Below, piece by piece: positions 32,011 through 42,244 of a stretch of DNA of 60,421 bases. How positions within the stretch are numbered: the first letter of the stretch is position 1; the number at the start of each line of letters is the position of its first letter. A program made the position numbers and the translations under genes. Below the pieces are notes generated by a model. That model was not told where the DNA came from. It saw nothing but the letters and a program-made list of their open reading frames with translations, and made no database searches. The DNA lies in NCBI GenBank assembly GCA_030587475.2, contig JAUQYZ020000072.1, positions 1 to 60,421 on the forward strand, in the 5' to 3' direction. Source of the DNA: Candidatus Sigynarchaeum calidifontis. Lineage in GTDB: Archaea; Asgardarchaeota; Lokiarchaeia; Sigyniarchaeales; Sigyniarchaeaceae.

Positions 32011-32580
32011 ATGGTTAAACAAAATGTTTTAATCGTTCTTGGCAGCCCGCGCAAGAACGGCAACAGCACGATCCTGGCGAACAAGTGTGCCGACGGTGCC
32101 AGGGAAGCCGGCGCGGACGTCGAGGTCGTTGCATTGCAAGGGCTCGACATCGCCCCGTGCAACGCGTGCGACGCGTGCATCAAGAAGCCCGGAGCGGGTT
32201 GCGTGATCAATGACGACATGATCCCGCTCTACAAGAAGATCGAGCAGGCCACGGCCATCGTGTTCGCCACGCCAACCTACTGGTTCAACATGTCGGCGCA
32301 GCTCAAGCTGTTTATTGACCGGGCTTACGCGCTTCGTCCTGGCAAGGAAAAATACGCGTTCAGCGACAAGAAGGTCGGCATCATCATGACCTATGCCGAC
32401 GTCGACCCGTTCGCTGCGGGGGCTGTGAACGCGTTGCGGTCGTTCCAGGACATCTGCAACTTCGTGGGTGCCACGATCGTCGGGATGGTTCACGGGAGCG
32501 CAGAGCAGCCCGGTGATATCAAAAAGAACGAGGCAATAATGAAATCAGCATTCGATCTCGGCAAAAAGCTGGCTTCTTGA
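32011..32580 (+). CDS. Iron-sulfur flavoprotein (flavodoxin-like, Isf family)
   Basis: GSPRKNGNS, CNACDAC...C cluster motif, TPTYW. Confidence 0.88.
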   Translation: MVKQNVLIVLGSPRKNGNSTILANKCADGAREAGADVEVVALQGLDIAPCNACDACIKKPGAGCVINDDMIPLYKKIEQATAIVFATPTYWFNMSAQLKLFIDRAYALRPGKEKYAFSDKKVGIIMTYADVDPFAAGAVNALRSFQDICNFVGATIVGMVHGSAEQPGDIKKNEAIMKSAFDLGKKLAS

Positions 32581-32601
32581 ATGGCTGGCTTTTCATTCCT
32601 T

Positions 32602-33498
32602 TTATTCCTTCAACTTCAAAGTCTTGACGAGAAATTTTTGGATTTCCTCGAATATCTCGTTCCGATCCGCTTCGTACAGTACGCCGTGGTAATCGTTTTC
32701 CCTGTGAAGCAAGGCACGGGTCGTACCTGGTGGCAAGCCATCGTGGAATTCCTTGACATGGGCGGGGTTCACCATATCGTCCTTGCCCGCGGAGACCAGG
32801 AAGAGCGGGACGCGCGCGTCCCAGCGCGCCTGGCCCCGGCCCTTGATCCCCGACTTGCGCATGGTCTTGTAGAAGCCGACGAGGTACCCGATCGACACCT
32901 TTTCCAGCATGTAGGGGTCGGGATCGGGCTGCGGGTGGAGGATGATGGAATCGGGGTCGTGGCTGGCGAGTTTCGTGTATTTTCTCAAGTTAACACGGGC
33001 GCGGGGCGCCAGCACGAACGCGATGGCCGCCAGCACCATCATGTACCAGGGCAGCGAGGGTACACCTATGCCAGGAACGAGGGCCACGACCGCGTCGACT
33101 TGCCGGGGAATGTCCACGCCCGTTTCCTCGCGACGAAGCACGTAGTCGATCGAGGCGAGGCCACCCAGGCTGCTGCCGAGGAGCACGACGGGCTTGTTCC
33201 CCGCGAGCTCGCGAGCCTTGCGGAGCAACGCTGCCGTCGCCGCCGGCACGAGCTTCCAGTGCTCGGGCATGCCCCGTGGCTCTGGCCAGTGGCCAAGCCC
33301 CGGCAAGTCGGGCGCGACCACGATCCAGCCGCGTTCCGCGAAGAACGGGCCGAGGTAATGGAAACAAAGCCGCGCGTGGACGCCAAAGCCATGCCACGCG
33401 GCGATCACGCCGATCACGTCTTTTTTCGGGTCGTCGGGCCGCCACGTGAACGTCACGAGCGGGTGCGGGGAGAACTCGATCTGGCCTTGCTCGATCAT
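32602..33498 (-). CDS. Alpha/beta hydrolase (lysophospholipase-like)
   Basis: HGFG, DLPGLG, GSSLGG nucleophile elbow, Asp (KDD) and His (YHG). Confidence 0.88.
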   Translation of the reverse strand: MIEQGQIEFSPHPLVTFTWRPDDPKKDVIGVIAAWHGFGVHARLCFHYLGPFFAERGWIVVAPDLPGLGHWPEPRGMPEHWKLVPAATAALLRKARELAGNKPVVLLGSSLGGLASIDYVLRREETGVDIPRQVDAVVALVPGIGVPSLPWYMMVLAAIAFVLAPRARVNLRKYTKLASHDPDSIILHPQPDPDPYMLEKVSIGYLVGFYKTMRKSGIKGRGQARWDARVPLFLVSAGKDDMVNPAHVKEFHDGLPPGTTRALLHRENDYHGVLYEADRNEIFEEIQKFLVKTLKLKE

Positions 33499-33609
33499 CG
33501 AATCACTTGGTGTTCACATAAAATTTCCTTCGCTGGCGATTTAAACGCGGTTACGGAAATCTCTTCTCGCCGCAACCTATTTTATACCACTCTTATCAAA
33601 TGACAATGC

Positions 33610-36183
33610 ATGGAATCGAAGCGAACCGTGAAACCAAAAAATCTTCTTGATCGGCCCCGGATCGAGATGATCCCCGCGATCCTCAACATTCCCCTCGTGG
33701 CGATCATCTTGGTTCTGATATTTGGATACCCGGCCTATTGGAACAATATCAACGAAGAAGCAAATCGGTTATTTGGCGCCAATGGCATCGATTTCGTTAT
33801 CGTGATCACTAGCATTTCGACATGCGCGGGGGTATACTGTATCGGGTATATCCTCCTCGTCCTCATGCGGCCGAGGGTTGCTCATGCGCCGCTTCTCAAC
33901 ATCATCCCGCTCCTCACGGGTATATCTCTTGAGGGATGTTGTATCATCGTGCTCTCTGGCAACGATTACTTGAGTTTTTACGAGATCCACTACCTTCTCG
34001 GGGATGTTCTCAGCCCGCTGCTCTACCTCGCCATCATTTTCATCATCGTCGCTCTCTGTCTCTTGCTCTTGCAAGGGATCCCGGCGCTCTGGAACTTGGC
34101 CGAAGAAAGGGGAACTGAAGCGAAAGAAGGAGCTGTAGGTACTCGCTGGAGATACAGGCCACGGTTCACGAGCATCACGACGATTGCCGGTTTCTGTGCT
34201 TGCGTGCCTCTGTTCTTCTTGTTCTTGATCGACAACCCCCGCATGATCTTTTGGAAGGCTTTGGTTTACCGGTTCTCTTGGTTAGAAGCACTTCCCATCA
34301 CGCACGTCATCGCATCGACAAGCTTCATTGTCGTGATCATCACCGCCGCTGCAATCACGGTATTAAGTCAACGAGCCCGGCGGGAGCCGGTGCCGCGCTG
34401 GTTCCACGTTGATTCAAAACTTATACGTGTTCTCCTCGTGGCCTCGCTCGTGGTTCAAGCGATTTCCTTGATGTTCATGGGCGTGACATCGGGTGATCGA
34501 GTGATGGCATTGCATCCGCTCACGACGATCACGATGGGAGAGGGGCTCATTCTCTTTGCCATTATCCTGAAAAAAGCACTCATTTCACGGCGTTCGAAGG
34601 GCACGTGGGCACGGCGGCATGAAACAGTGCTTCTTATTTTGATCGTGCTGATCCCGTTGTCGTGGGTCTTTTTCTGCCAACCGCTCGTCCAGGATCCCCC
34701 GTATCCTCGGCTTGCATCGGTTCCCGTGGTGGCAGTTAAAAACTCGTATGCCAACCTGACGGCGACGCAGAAAACCCTTTTTGATGAATACATGAATTAT
34801 GATTTCCCGCCAGGAACACAAGCAGCATCCATCCTCACCAGCAGTGCGAGCACCCGTGACAGGGTACGCCTCGCGAGTGCCTTTCTTTTCAGGAACGCGA
34901 CAGGGGACACGGGGAACGCGAGCGTGATCCTGGAGTGGCTCATGCCATTGCAGTACACGGACGTGTCGAGTAATTCCTATGGTGCCTGGAAGACCTCGCC
35001 AGGATCCAGCACTGTCGACGAGAACTGGCGGGAATTCATCGGCTGCGAGCTCATCTTGATTCTGGACCAGCATTCGGGCAAGCTAAGTCCTGATCTGGTC
35101 TCGAAGATCAAGCAATCGTTGATCCGTGCCGCGGAAGGGGCAAAAAATCGAAATGTGAGGCCGTCTTATACGAACATCGCGCTCATGAGCGCGTTTCTCA
35201 TGGAATACGTTGGTGCCAGCATGCACCGGCAAGACCTGGAAAACGCGGGAACGATGAAGTCCTGGGAATGTTATCTCTTGTTTCAAGAGCATGGTACCTT
35301 CACTGAATTCAATTCGCCCACGTACAGCGGGGTGGACATGCTTGCACTTGCATTGTGGCGGGACTTGGGAAAGACCCAGAGCATGCGCACCATGGGTGCC
35401 GAGATGGAAGCCGCGCTCTGGCGTCATGTCGCATCCTACTACCACGCAGGGCTGCGCAACCTTGCCGGGCCGTATTTCCGGGCATACGGCATGGACATGA
35501 CAAGATACAATGCCATCATCGGCATCTGGATCGCGCTCGCGACCGAGAACCTGGCAACAGCACCGCTCCCCCGGGCTGCCGGGGCGAGCTTCTTCGAGCT
35601 CAGCAATGTCTTTCCAGCGGTGCAAGTCGGGCACGCGGTTCCCGATGGCGTTTTGCAAGACTTGAACACGTTCACGGGATCCAGGTTCATGCAGAAAACG
35701 GTTCCGTGCGATCCGAGCTATTTCTCAGCAAGGTATCACGTGTCAACGCTGGTCGGCGAGGATTGGATCATGGGCGGAGTGACGGGGAGGCACTATGAAA
35801 AGAACCAGTTCAAGGCCGGAACGATCCAATGGAACGCGTCGAACCCGGGAAGCATCGCATCGCTCGTGGTGCTCGGGCTTGGCACGCAAGAAGTCGTAGT
35901 AACGGAAACGAGCATGACAATACAGCGGTTCGATTCAAAAAAGGGGATCGAGTTTTTGCGTGAATTGCAACGGCATCAACGCGGAGCGGTTCAATGGAAC
36001 GACGTGGGTCTTGCCCGGTATCGGGTTCACCATCACGGGCGACCCGGCAGCGATAACCGCCTCGGTCATGAGTTCAGCAGCGTACAAAAGCGAATATTCC
36101 ATTGCGGAAGGTGTCTACACGGTCGTGAAGGTGACGTGCAACTTGAATTCCATAACGCTCGTCCCGTTTCTCCCTTGACATAA
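33610..36183 (+). CDS. Membrane protein with large C-terminal extracellular enzyme-like domain; probable frameshift near 35955
   Basis: About 9 N-terminal TM helices, then YTNIALM, EFNSPTY, GPYFRAYG. The last ~75 aa look non-native, while the +1 frame (to 36178) looks protein-like. Confidence 0.7.
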   Translation: MESKRTVKPKNLLDRPRIEMIPAILNIPLVAIILVLIFGYPAYWNNINEEANRLFGANGIDFVIVITSISTCAGVYCIGYILLVLMRPRVAHAPLLNIIPLLTGISLEGCCIIVLSGNDYLSFYEIHYLLGDVLSPLLYLAIIFIIVALCLLLLQGIPALWNLAEERGTEAKEGAVGTRWRYRPRFTSITTIAGFCACVPLFFLFLIDNPRMIFWKALVYRFSWLEALPITHVIASTSFIVVIITAAAITVLSQRARREPVPRWFHVDSKLIRVLLVASLVVQAISLMFMGVTSGDRVMALHPLTTITMGEGLILFAIILKKALISRRSKGTWARRHETVLLILIVLIPLSWVFFCQPLVQDPPYPRLASVPVVAVKNSYANLTATQKTLFDEYMNYDFPPGTQAASILTSSASTRDRVRLASAFLFRNATGDTGNASVILEWLMPLQYTDVSSNSYGAWKTSPGSSTVDENWREFIGCELILILDQHSGKLSPDLVSKIKQSLIRAAEGAKNRNVRPSYTNIALMSAFLMEYVGASMHRQDLENAGTMKSWECYLLFQEHGTFTEFNSPTYSGVDMLALALWRDLGKTQSMRTMGAEMEAALWRHVASYYHAGLRNLAGPYFRAYGMDMTRYNAIIGIWIALATENLATAPLPRAAGASFFELSNVFPAVQVGHAVPDGVLQDLNTFTGSRFMQKTVPCDPSYFSARYHVSTLVGEDWIMGGVTGRHYEKNQFKAGTIQWNASNPGSIASLVVLGLGTQEVVVTETSMTIQRFDSKKGIEFLRELQRHQRGAVQWNDVGLARYRVHHHGRPGSDNRLGHEFSSVQKRIFHCGRCLHGREGDVQLEFHNARPVSPLT

Positions 36184-36283
36184 ACCGAACATTATTTCCC
36201 CAACCGGCGCCATGTACACGTCAAGAAAACTATTTCTTAACTTGCGTGCAATCTGCCTCCAAAGCGATCGCGCGTGAACATTC

Positions 36284-37333
36284 ATGGAAAAGTTAAAGGT
36301 AGGGATCATCGGGAGCGGTTTCATCGCCGAGCACCACGCCCTGGCCTATGCCCAGTTACAAAACGTGGACATCATCGGTGTATCGTCTGTCATCGAGGAC
36401 CAGGCCAAAGTATTGATGGCGAAATACAAGATCCCGGGCAAGCCCCTCAAGGATTACAAGGAATTGCTGAAGCTCGGGCCGGACGTCGTGTCCGTGTGCC
36501 TGCCAAATTACTTGCACAAGGACGTGACGGCGGACGTGCTCCAGGCGGGCGCACATGCCCTCGTGGAAAAGCCCCTGGCTCGCAACGTCGCCGAGGGAAA
36601 GGCCATGATCGATGCTGAAAAAAAATCGGGCAAGAAAATCTTCTATTGCGAGAACAACATGTATGCCCCGACCTTCGTCAAGGTAAAGGAGATCGTCGAC
36701 GAGGGCGCGCTCGGGAAGATCTACATGGGGCGTGGCAAGGAACAGCATAGCGGCCCGCACTCGCAATGGTTCTACAAAAAAGAGCCATCGGGTGGCGGCG
36801 CGCTCGTCGACCTCGGCATCCACGACATCGCTTGCCTCGTGTGGTACCTGGGCTGCGACGTGAAGAAGGTTTTCTGCCAGACGACGACCACGCAACCAAA
36901 CCGTGGCACGTTCGGGACGTGCGAGGTCGAAGACAACGCCGTCGGCATCCTTTACTTCGAAAACGGGGCGCAGGTCGTCATCGAAGAGTCGTGGTGCGCC
37001 CCGGGTGGTTATGACATGCGGTTCGAGCTGTTCGGCACCGATGGCCAGCTCAAGGTCGCGCCCACGTTCAGCAACCTGGTGAGCGTGTACTCGGAGAAGG
37101 GCTACGGCTATGCCGTGGAGAAGGCAAGCTCGACCAAGGGGTGGACGTTCCCCGTGCCCGCCGAGGCGTGGAACTTCGGGTACCCGCAAGAAGTGGCGCA
37201 TTTTGTCGATTGTGTCATTAACAAGAAGGAGCCGCTAACGGGCGCGGCGTATGGTCTCAAGATCCTTAACATCGTGGAGACCATGTACAAGAGCGCCGCG
37301 TCGGGAAGGATCGAGGCGGTGCCATCGATCTAG
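36284..37333 (+). CDS. Gfo/Idh/MocA family oxidoreductase
   Basis: GIIGSGFIA, EKP, GGGALVDLGIH. Confidence 0.92.
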   Translation: MEKLKVGIIGSGFIAEHHALAYAQLQNVDIIGVSSVIEDQAKVLMAKYKIPGKPLKDYKELLKLGPDVVSVCLPNYLHKDVTADVLQAGAHALVEKPLARNVAEGKAMIDAEKKSGKKIFYCENNMYAPTFVKVKEIVDEGALGKIYMGRGKEQHSGPHSQWFYKKEPSGGGALVDLGIHDIACLVWYLGCDVKKVFCQTTTTQPNRGTFGTCEVEDNAVGILYFENGAQVVIEESWCAPGGYDMRFELFGTDGQLKVAPTFSNLVSVYSEKGYGYAVEKASSTKGWTFPVPAEAWNFGYPQEVAHFVDCVINKKEPLTGAAYGLKILNIVETMYKSAASGRIEAVPSI

Positions 37334-37432
37334 GGCGATCAAACGCTCTTTTTCAGCAATGCCTTCCGACAGCTTGGTATATTCCAATTTACCTCGTATG
37401 CGTTTTTAATGCCCGGGGAACCAATCCAATCC

Positions 37433-38641
37433 ATGCAATACCGAAAAATGGGGAAGAAGATCCCCTGGGAGACGAGCGTGCTAGGTTTCGGCTGCATGCG
37501 GTTCCCCAGCAAGAAAATCCTTGGCTTCATCAAGAAGGTTGATGAGCCAGAAGCGATCCGGATCCTCCGATTCGCCATCGACAACGGCGTTAATTATATC
37601 GACACGGCCTATGGTTATCACATGGGCAAAAGCGAGGTCATCGTCGGGAAAGCATTACAAGACGGCTACCGGCAGAAAGTACACCTCGTGACGAAGCTGC
37701 CGATCTGGAAGGTCAAGGCAACCAGCGATGTCGAGAAATATTGCCGCGAGCAGCTCAAGAAATTGCAGACGGATTATCTCGACATCTACCTGTTTCACGG
37801 GCTCAACAAGGGACGATTCCAGCTGATTAAAAAACTCGGCCTCGTCGCAGAAATGCAAAAACTCAAGGAAAAAGGGCTGATCAAGCATTTCGGCTTCTCG
37901 TTCCACGACAATTTCCAGGTCTTCAAGGAAATCATCGATTACCACGACTGGGAAGCGTGCCAGATCCAGTGGAATTACGTCGACCAGGACTCGCAGGCGA
38001 CGACGAGAGGCTTGGAATACGCGGCGAGCAAGGGCGTGGCTGTCATCATCATGGAGCCCCTCAAGGGCGGCCGCCTCGCCAACCCGACGGCCGAAGTGAG
38101 AGCGATATTCGAGAAAGCGCCCGTGCAGCGCACGCCGGCCGACTGGGGCTTGCAATTCGTTTGGAACCGGCCCGAAGTGTCGGTCGTGCTGAGCGGCATG
38201 AGCTCGTTCGACCAGGTCAAGCAGAACATCGAATCCGCGGAAAAATCAGGAGCGGGCAAGTTAACGGCAACGGAACTGGACGTGCTCAAGCAAGTCGGGG
38301 ACGTTTTCAAGAAAGCCATCCTCATCCCGTGCACCGCGTGCGAGTATTGCATGCCGTGCCCGAATGGCGTGGCGATACCACGCAACTTCGCGATATTGAA
38401 CAGCCTTTCGGGCCACAAGAACTTGAAAAAGGCCAGGAAGGAATACGCGAAGCTCGCCGCGTCGAAAGGCGCGCTGAACGCTGCCAAGGACAACGGCATG
38501 GCCACGTTGTGCTCGAAATGCAAGCAATGCATCGAGAAATGCCCCCAGGCCATCGACATCCCGGCCGAGTTGGAAAAGGTGAACGCCGTGCTCACCGGCG
38601 CCAAGCCGATCGCGGAAGTTTTTCCGAAAAAGGAGGGATGA
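37433..38641 (+). CDS. Aldo/keto reductase with C-terminal 4Fe-4S domain
   Basis: LGFGCMR, IDTAYGY, TKLP, MEPLKGG, CTACEYCMPCP, CSKCKQCIEKCPQ. Confidence 0.92.
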   Translation: MQYRKMGKKIPWETSVLGFGCMRFPSKKILGFIKKVDEPEAIRILRFAIDNGVNYIDTAYGYHMGKSEVIVGKALQDGYRQKVHLVTKLPIWKVKATSDVEKYCREQLKKLQTDYLDIYLFHGLNKGRFQLIKKLGLVAEMQKLKEKGLIKHFGFSFHDNFQVFKEIIDYHDWEACQIQWNYVDQDSQATTRGLEYAASKGVAVIIMEPLKGGRLANPTAEVRAIFEKAPVQRTPADWGLQFVWNRPEVSVVLSGMSSFDQVKQNIESAEKSGAGKLTATELDVLKQVGDVFKKAILIPCTACEYCMPCPNGVAIPRNFAILNSLSGHKNLKKARKEYAKLAASKGALNAAKDNGMATLCSKCKQCIEKCPQAIDIPAELEKVNAVLTGAKPIAEVFPKKEG

Positions 38642-38650
38642 ATCCCCTTT

Positions 38651-39769
38651 TTATTTGAATTTTTGGAGGTTCGTGAGAGTTTCCTCGGCTTCCTTCATGA
38701 TCCGGTCGATCAATTCCTTGACCGTGGGAATATCGTGAATTCTTCCTGCCACCTGGCCGCCGAGGACTGGGGTGTCGTCGATCTTGCCCTTGAAGAGATT
38801 CTCGAGGCCAGAGATCTCGAGATCGATGATTTCTTGCGTCGAGCCGGTCGGGTTCCCCTTGTACAAGTCGGGCGCGCCGCGCACCGTGGCATCGACGAGT
38901 TCCACGGCACGCTTGTTGCGGACGAACCGCATGGGCCCGAAAAACCCGCGTGCCACGAGGGTATCCTCTTCCGTCGCCTTGACTAGCATCTCCTTCCATA
39001 ATTGCTCGAAATCGCTCTCCTTCGTCGCGATCATGCGCGTGCCCATCTGGATGCCGATGGCACCCATCGCGAGGGCCGCGACCAGCGATTTCCCGTCGCA
39101 AAAGCCACCCGCCGCGACGACGGGTTTCTTGACTGATTGTACGACCTCGGGAACGAGCACCATGGTCGACGTGTCGCGCCACGAGCAATGTGCCCCGCCT
39201 TCCCGCCCCGACGCGACGATGACGTCGACCCCGGCTTTCTCGCAACGCCGCGCGGCCCGCACGCTCGGGACCACGTGCGTCCACACGATGCCGGGCAGCT
39301 CCTTCTTGATCGGGATCGACGTGGGCAGCGTCTTGTCGCCGGGGTTGGTCGACCACGGGAGCGGGTCGCCCGCGGACGTGAAGATGGCGACGCATTTCGC
39401 CTTCGCGGCGGGATCGCTTTTCACGCGATCGACGACGTACTTGATGAGCCGCGACGCGTTCGGGATGAATTCCTCGGACACGGGGATGTTGACGCCGAAC
39501 TTGGCATCCGGGAAATCCGTGATCTCGCCGAGCACGAAGTTCATGGATTTCTCGAGCAATTGCTCGGGACCACCCTCGCCGAAGATCGCCGAGTACTTGA
39601 ACTCGCCGATGCCCGGCATCTTGAAAGTTCCCATGCCAACAGTCGATATAAGACCCAGACCACCAGCCTTTGCTACTGCCGCGGCGATCCTCGTTGTATC
39701 GTAAGGACCCATCCCCGCTTGGACGATCGGGTGCTTCGTCTTGTAGATGTCATTAAATGGTGTGTGCAT
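38651..39769 (-). CDS. Nitronate monooxygenase / FabK-like flavin oxidoreductase
   Basis: PIVQAGM, GGLG, GREGGAH, AAGGFCDG, QMGTR motifs. Confidence 0.88.
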   Translation of the reverse strand: MHTPFNDIYKTKHPIVQAGMGPYDTTRIAAAVAKAGGLGLISTVGMGTFKMPGIGEFKYSAIFGEGGPEQLLEKSMNFVLGEITDFPDAKFGVNIPVSEEFIPNASRLIKYVVDRVKSDPAAKAKCVAIFTSAGDPLPWSTNPGDKTLPTSIPIKKELPGIVWTHVVPSVRAARRCEKAGVDVIVASGREGGAHCSWRDTSTMVLVPEVVQSVKKPVVAAGGFCDGKSLVAALAMGAIGIQMGTRMIATKESDFEQLWKEMLVKATEEDTLVARGFFGPMRFVRNKRAVELVDATVRGAPDLYKGNPTGSTQEIIDLEISGLENLFKGKIDDTPVLGGQVAGRIHDIPTVKELIDRIMKEAEETLTNLQKFK

Positions 39770-39860
39770 GTGCAAGAGAGGGTAGGAATAAAAAAAAAGG
39801 TTCAGATAAAGGACATGGATCGGGGATCGAGAAGGTACAAAGGGTACTCGCCACGATGCC

Positions 39861-41033
39861 GTGATGACCATGCCGGCGAATAGCACGACCTCTCGTAGTG
39901 ATCAAGGTGCCGTTCAAGCAAGCCCGGCCCAGGAAATTGCGAACAAGCATCCGGTGGGCCTGAGCACGCGTCTTGCATCGATCGATGCCATCCGGGGCTT
40001 CGACATGTTCTGGATCACGGGCGGCACGGACTTGGTCATTTCATTCTGCGCTTTAGTTTTCCCGGCTACTGTGCCGTTCTTCCGGGTGCAGTTCTCCCAC
40101 CCCGCATGGTCGGGCTTCACGTTCTATGACTTGATCTTCCCCCTCTTCGTTTTCATATCGGGACTCAGTATCACGTTCTCCATCACGAGGCGCGTGGAAC
40201 GTGGCGAGGACAAGAAGAAAATGTACAAGCACGTGGCCGTCCGGACCTTGATCCTTTTCCTGCTCGGCCTCGCATACAATTGTGCCGACTTCGACCCGTT
40301 CGCGCTGCGGGTGGCCGGCGTGCTCCAGCGCATCGCGATCGCCTCGTGCATCGCGGCCATCATTGCCATGAACGCGAAGCCAAGAACGCAGCTTTACATC
40401 GTGATTGGCATCCTCCTTGGATACTGGGCGATCATGGCGCTGGTACCCGTCCCATGCTATGGCGCGGGCAACTACACGCAATACGGGAACCTCGCGGGCT
40501 ACGTGGACAGGCTTCTGCTCCCCTACCCGGAGAAATGGTGCTGTTACGAGTACGGCGACAGCGAGGGCATCTTGAGCACCTTACCGGCCGTGGCGAGCGC
40601 CATGCTCGGCACATTGGCCGGGCACGAGCTGCGGTCCGAGAGAAAACCGGCCGGCAAGATATCAATGCTATTGTTCGGGGGTACATCGAGCTTCACCATC
40701 GCACTCGCGTGGCATTTCGTGTTTCCCATCAACAAGTACATGTGGACGAGCTCGTTCGTGCTCTTCGCGGGTGGATGGAGCATGCTACTGCTGGCCGTGT
40801 TCTACTGGATCATCGACGTGAAGGGAATCGTAAAGTGGTCGTTCTTCTTCCGGGTCATCGGCTCGAACGCCATCTTGATATATCTGCTCGGTGGGCTCGT
40901 CGGGTTTGGTTTCCTGGAGGACCTCGTCGGAGCGAGCTCTGGGCTGGATTTCCTGGTCGCTTGCCTCGACGTGGGGGTGCGGTGGTTGTTCCTCTACATC
41001 CTCTACCGGAAGCGGTGGTTCGTGAAGTTCTGA
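39861..41033 (+). CDS. HGSNAT-like (DUF5009) membrane N-acetyltransferase
   Basis: RLASIDAIRGFDM, QFSHPAWSG, DLIFPLF, GVLQRIA, DSEGILST, PINKYMWTSS. Exact start uncertain. Confidence 0.88.
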   Translation: MMTMPANSTTSRSDQGAVQASPAQEIANKHPVGLSTRLASIDAIRGFDMFWITGGTDLVISFCALVFPATVPFFRVQFSHPAWSGFTFYDLIFPLFVFISGLSITFSITRRVERGEDKKKMYKHVAVRTLILFLLGLAYNCADFDPFALRVAGVLQRIAIASCIAAIIAMNAKPRTQLYIVIGILLGYWAIMALVPVPCYGAGNYTQYGNLAGYVDRLLLPYPEKWCCYEYGDSEGILSTLPAVASAMLGTLAGHELRSERKPAGKISMLLFGGTSSFTIALAWHFVFPINKYMWTSSFVLFAGGWSMLLLAVFYWIIDVKGIVKWSFFFRVIGSNAILIYLLGGLVGFGFLEDLVGASSGLDFLVACLDVGVRWLFLYILYRKRWFVKF

Positions 41034-41053
41034 AGGCCGTTCCCTCGAGTATT

Positions 41054-41992
41054 CTATCTTCGCTTCGCCATCCCTCCGGCAACGAGCAAGAGGAACTCGA
41101 GCGAGCCCGGATAGCTGTCCCACACGTCCCCCCAATCATCGACGTAGCCCCTACCCTCTTGCTCGCTCGCGCCGCTGCCGTATTGCTTGACGACGTGGTC
41201 GACGGGGCCATGATCGAAGCGCGGGTCTTCGAGCAGGTTGGCCAAGGCATGCGGGTTCGACTTGATAGCGTACTCGAGCATGGTCATGGCGCCCGGCAGA
41301 TCCCCGAGCACGAAAACAAGCAAGCCAAGCCCGTAAAGCAAGCCGAACAGCGTCCGGTTCGAGCCACCGGCAAACAGCGCCTGCAGCTCGTCCCGCCCGA
41401 TCTTGCTGGCCACCATCGAAGCATCATCGAACCGTTCCAGGCCGATGGCGAGGTGGAGGATGAAGTACCTGGCTCCTTTGGGGTCCGACGGGTCGACCTC
41501 GAGTAATTTCTTGAAGTAGCCGAGGGCGGCCTCGTCCTTCAGCTTGTACCAGGAATAAAGGCCAAGCTTGAACAAGCAACCGATGAAAGGCATGTTCTCC
41601 TTGTGACTATACGGGATGATGAGCCCATCACGTCGACCCGCGGTCGTCTCGAGAAATTTAAAGAACTTTTCGACGTGCTCGTCCAAAAACTTGATGGCTT
41701 GCTCGTGGGCATCCTCTGCGTCGAATAGCCGCGCTTGCGCTTCGATGATGTCGAAGTCGAGAGGATACAATTTGAGCAAGGTGGGCAGGACATGTCTTGC
41801 ATACGCGAGCCGCCCCCGGGTGATGTCATCGTGCGCCCGGTCGATACTCTCCGCGTCGCGAAGGACCAAGCGCGCTGGTAAGATCTTGACGATGTTCCCC
41901 TCCACCTTGATCCTAGGCATGGTGGACCGCAGCACCAATGCCGCGGGCTTGCGTGGCGGGTTACCAGGTGGAGGCGTTGCATCGTCGGGCAT
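41054..41992 (-). CDS. TPR-like helical repeat protein
   Basis: TPR-like segments (ALGYFKKLLEVDPSDPKGARY; AMTMLEYAIKSNPH). Confidence 0.7.
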   Translation of the reverse strand: MPDDATPPPGNPPRKPAALVLRSTMPRIKVEGNIVKILPARLVLRDAESIDRAHDDITRGRLAYARHVLPTLLKLYPLDFDIIEAQARLFDAEDAHEQAIKFLDEHVEKFFKFLETTAGRRDGLIIPYSHKENMPFIGCLFKLGLYSWYKLKDEAALGYFKKLLEVDPSDPKGARYFILHLAIGLERFDDASMVASKIGRDELQALFAGGSNRTLFGLLYGLGLLVFVLGDLPGAMTMLEYAIKSNPHALANLLEDPRFDHGPVDHVVKQYGSGASEQEGRGYVDDWGDVWDSYPGSLEFLLLVAGGMAKRR

Positions 41993-42047
41993 GGGGGAAC
42001 ACGGTATCTTGACACCAGCGGGATTTATGCGCTCTCATTAGGTGTGA

Positions 42048-42073
42048 TGTGCCTTTGTGCCTTTGTGCCTTTG
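42048..42073. repeat. Short tandem repeat (TGTGCCTT) x3
   Basis: Three perfect 8-bp units plus TG, intergenic. Confidence 0.8.
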
Positions 42074-42244
42074 CATTGTATCATGTGACCTTCGAGGTTC
42101 CCGTGAAAATTGACGGCGCGATCATTGCGTTTGTTGGCGTGGCCACCGAAAAAATCCTTTTTTTCACGCACGATGTCGGTGAACCCTTGATATCCGATAG
42201 GAACGATGTGCAAATATGAATGGATAAAAAAAAGGAACGCGGGG

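Noticed and set aside
32581-33603. 340-aa + strand ORF, and similar long ORFs at 40280-41506, 50986-52266 and 55296-56672
   Set aside because: Antisense or alternate-frame shadows of well-supported genes, expected with GC-rich third codon positions; no motifs.
35937-35943. A-AAA-AAG as a programmed -1 frameshift site
   Set aside because: The protein-like continuation is in the +1 frame, not the -1 frame.
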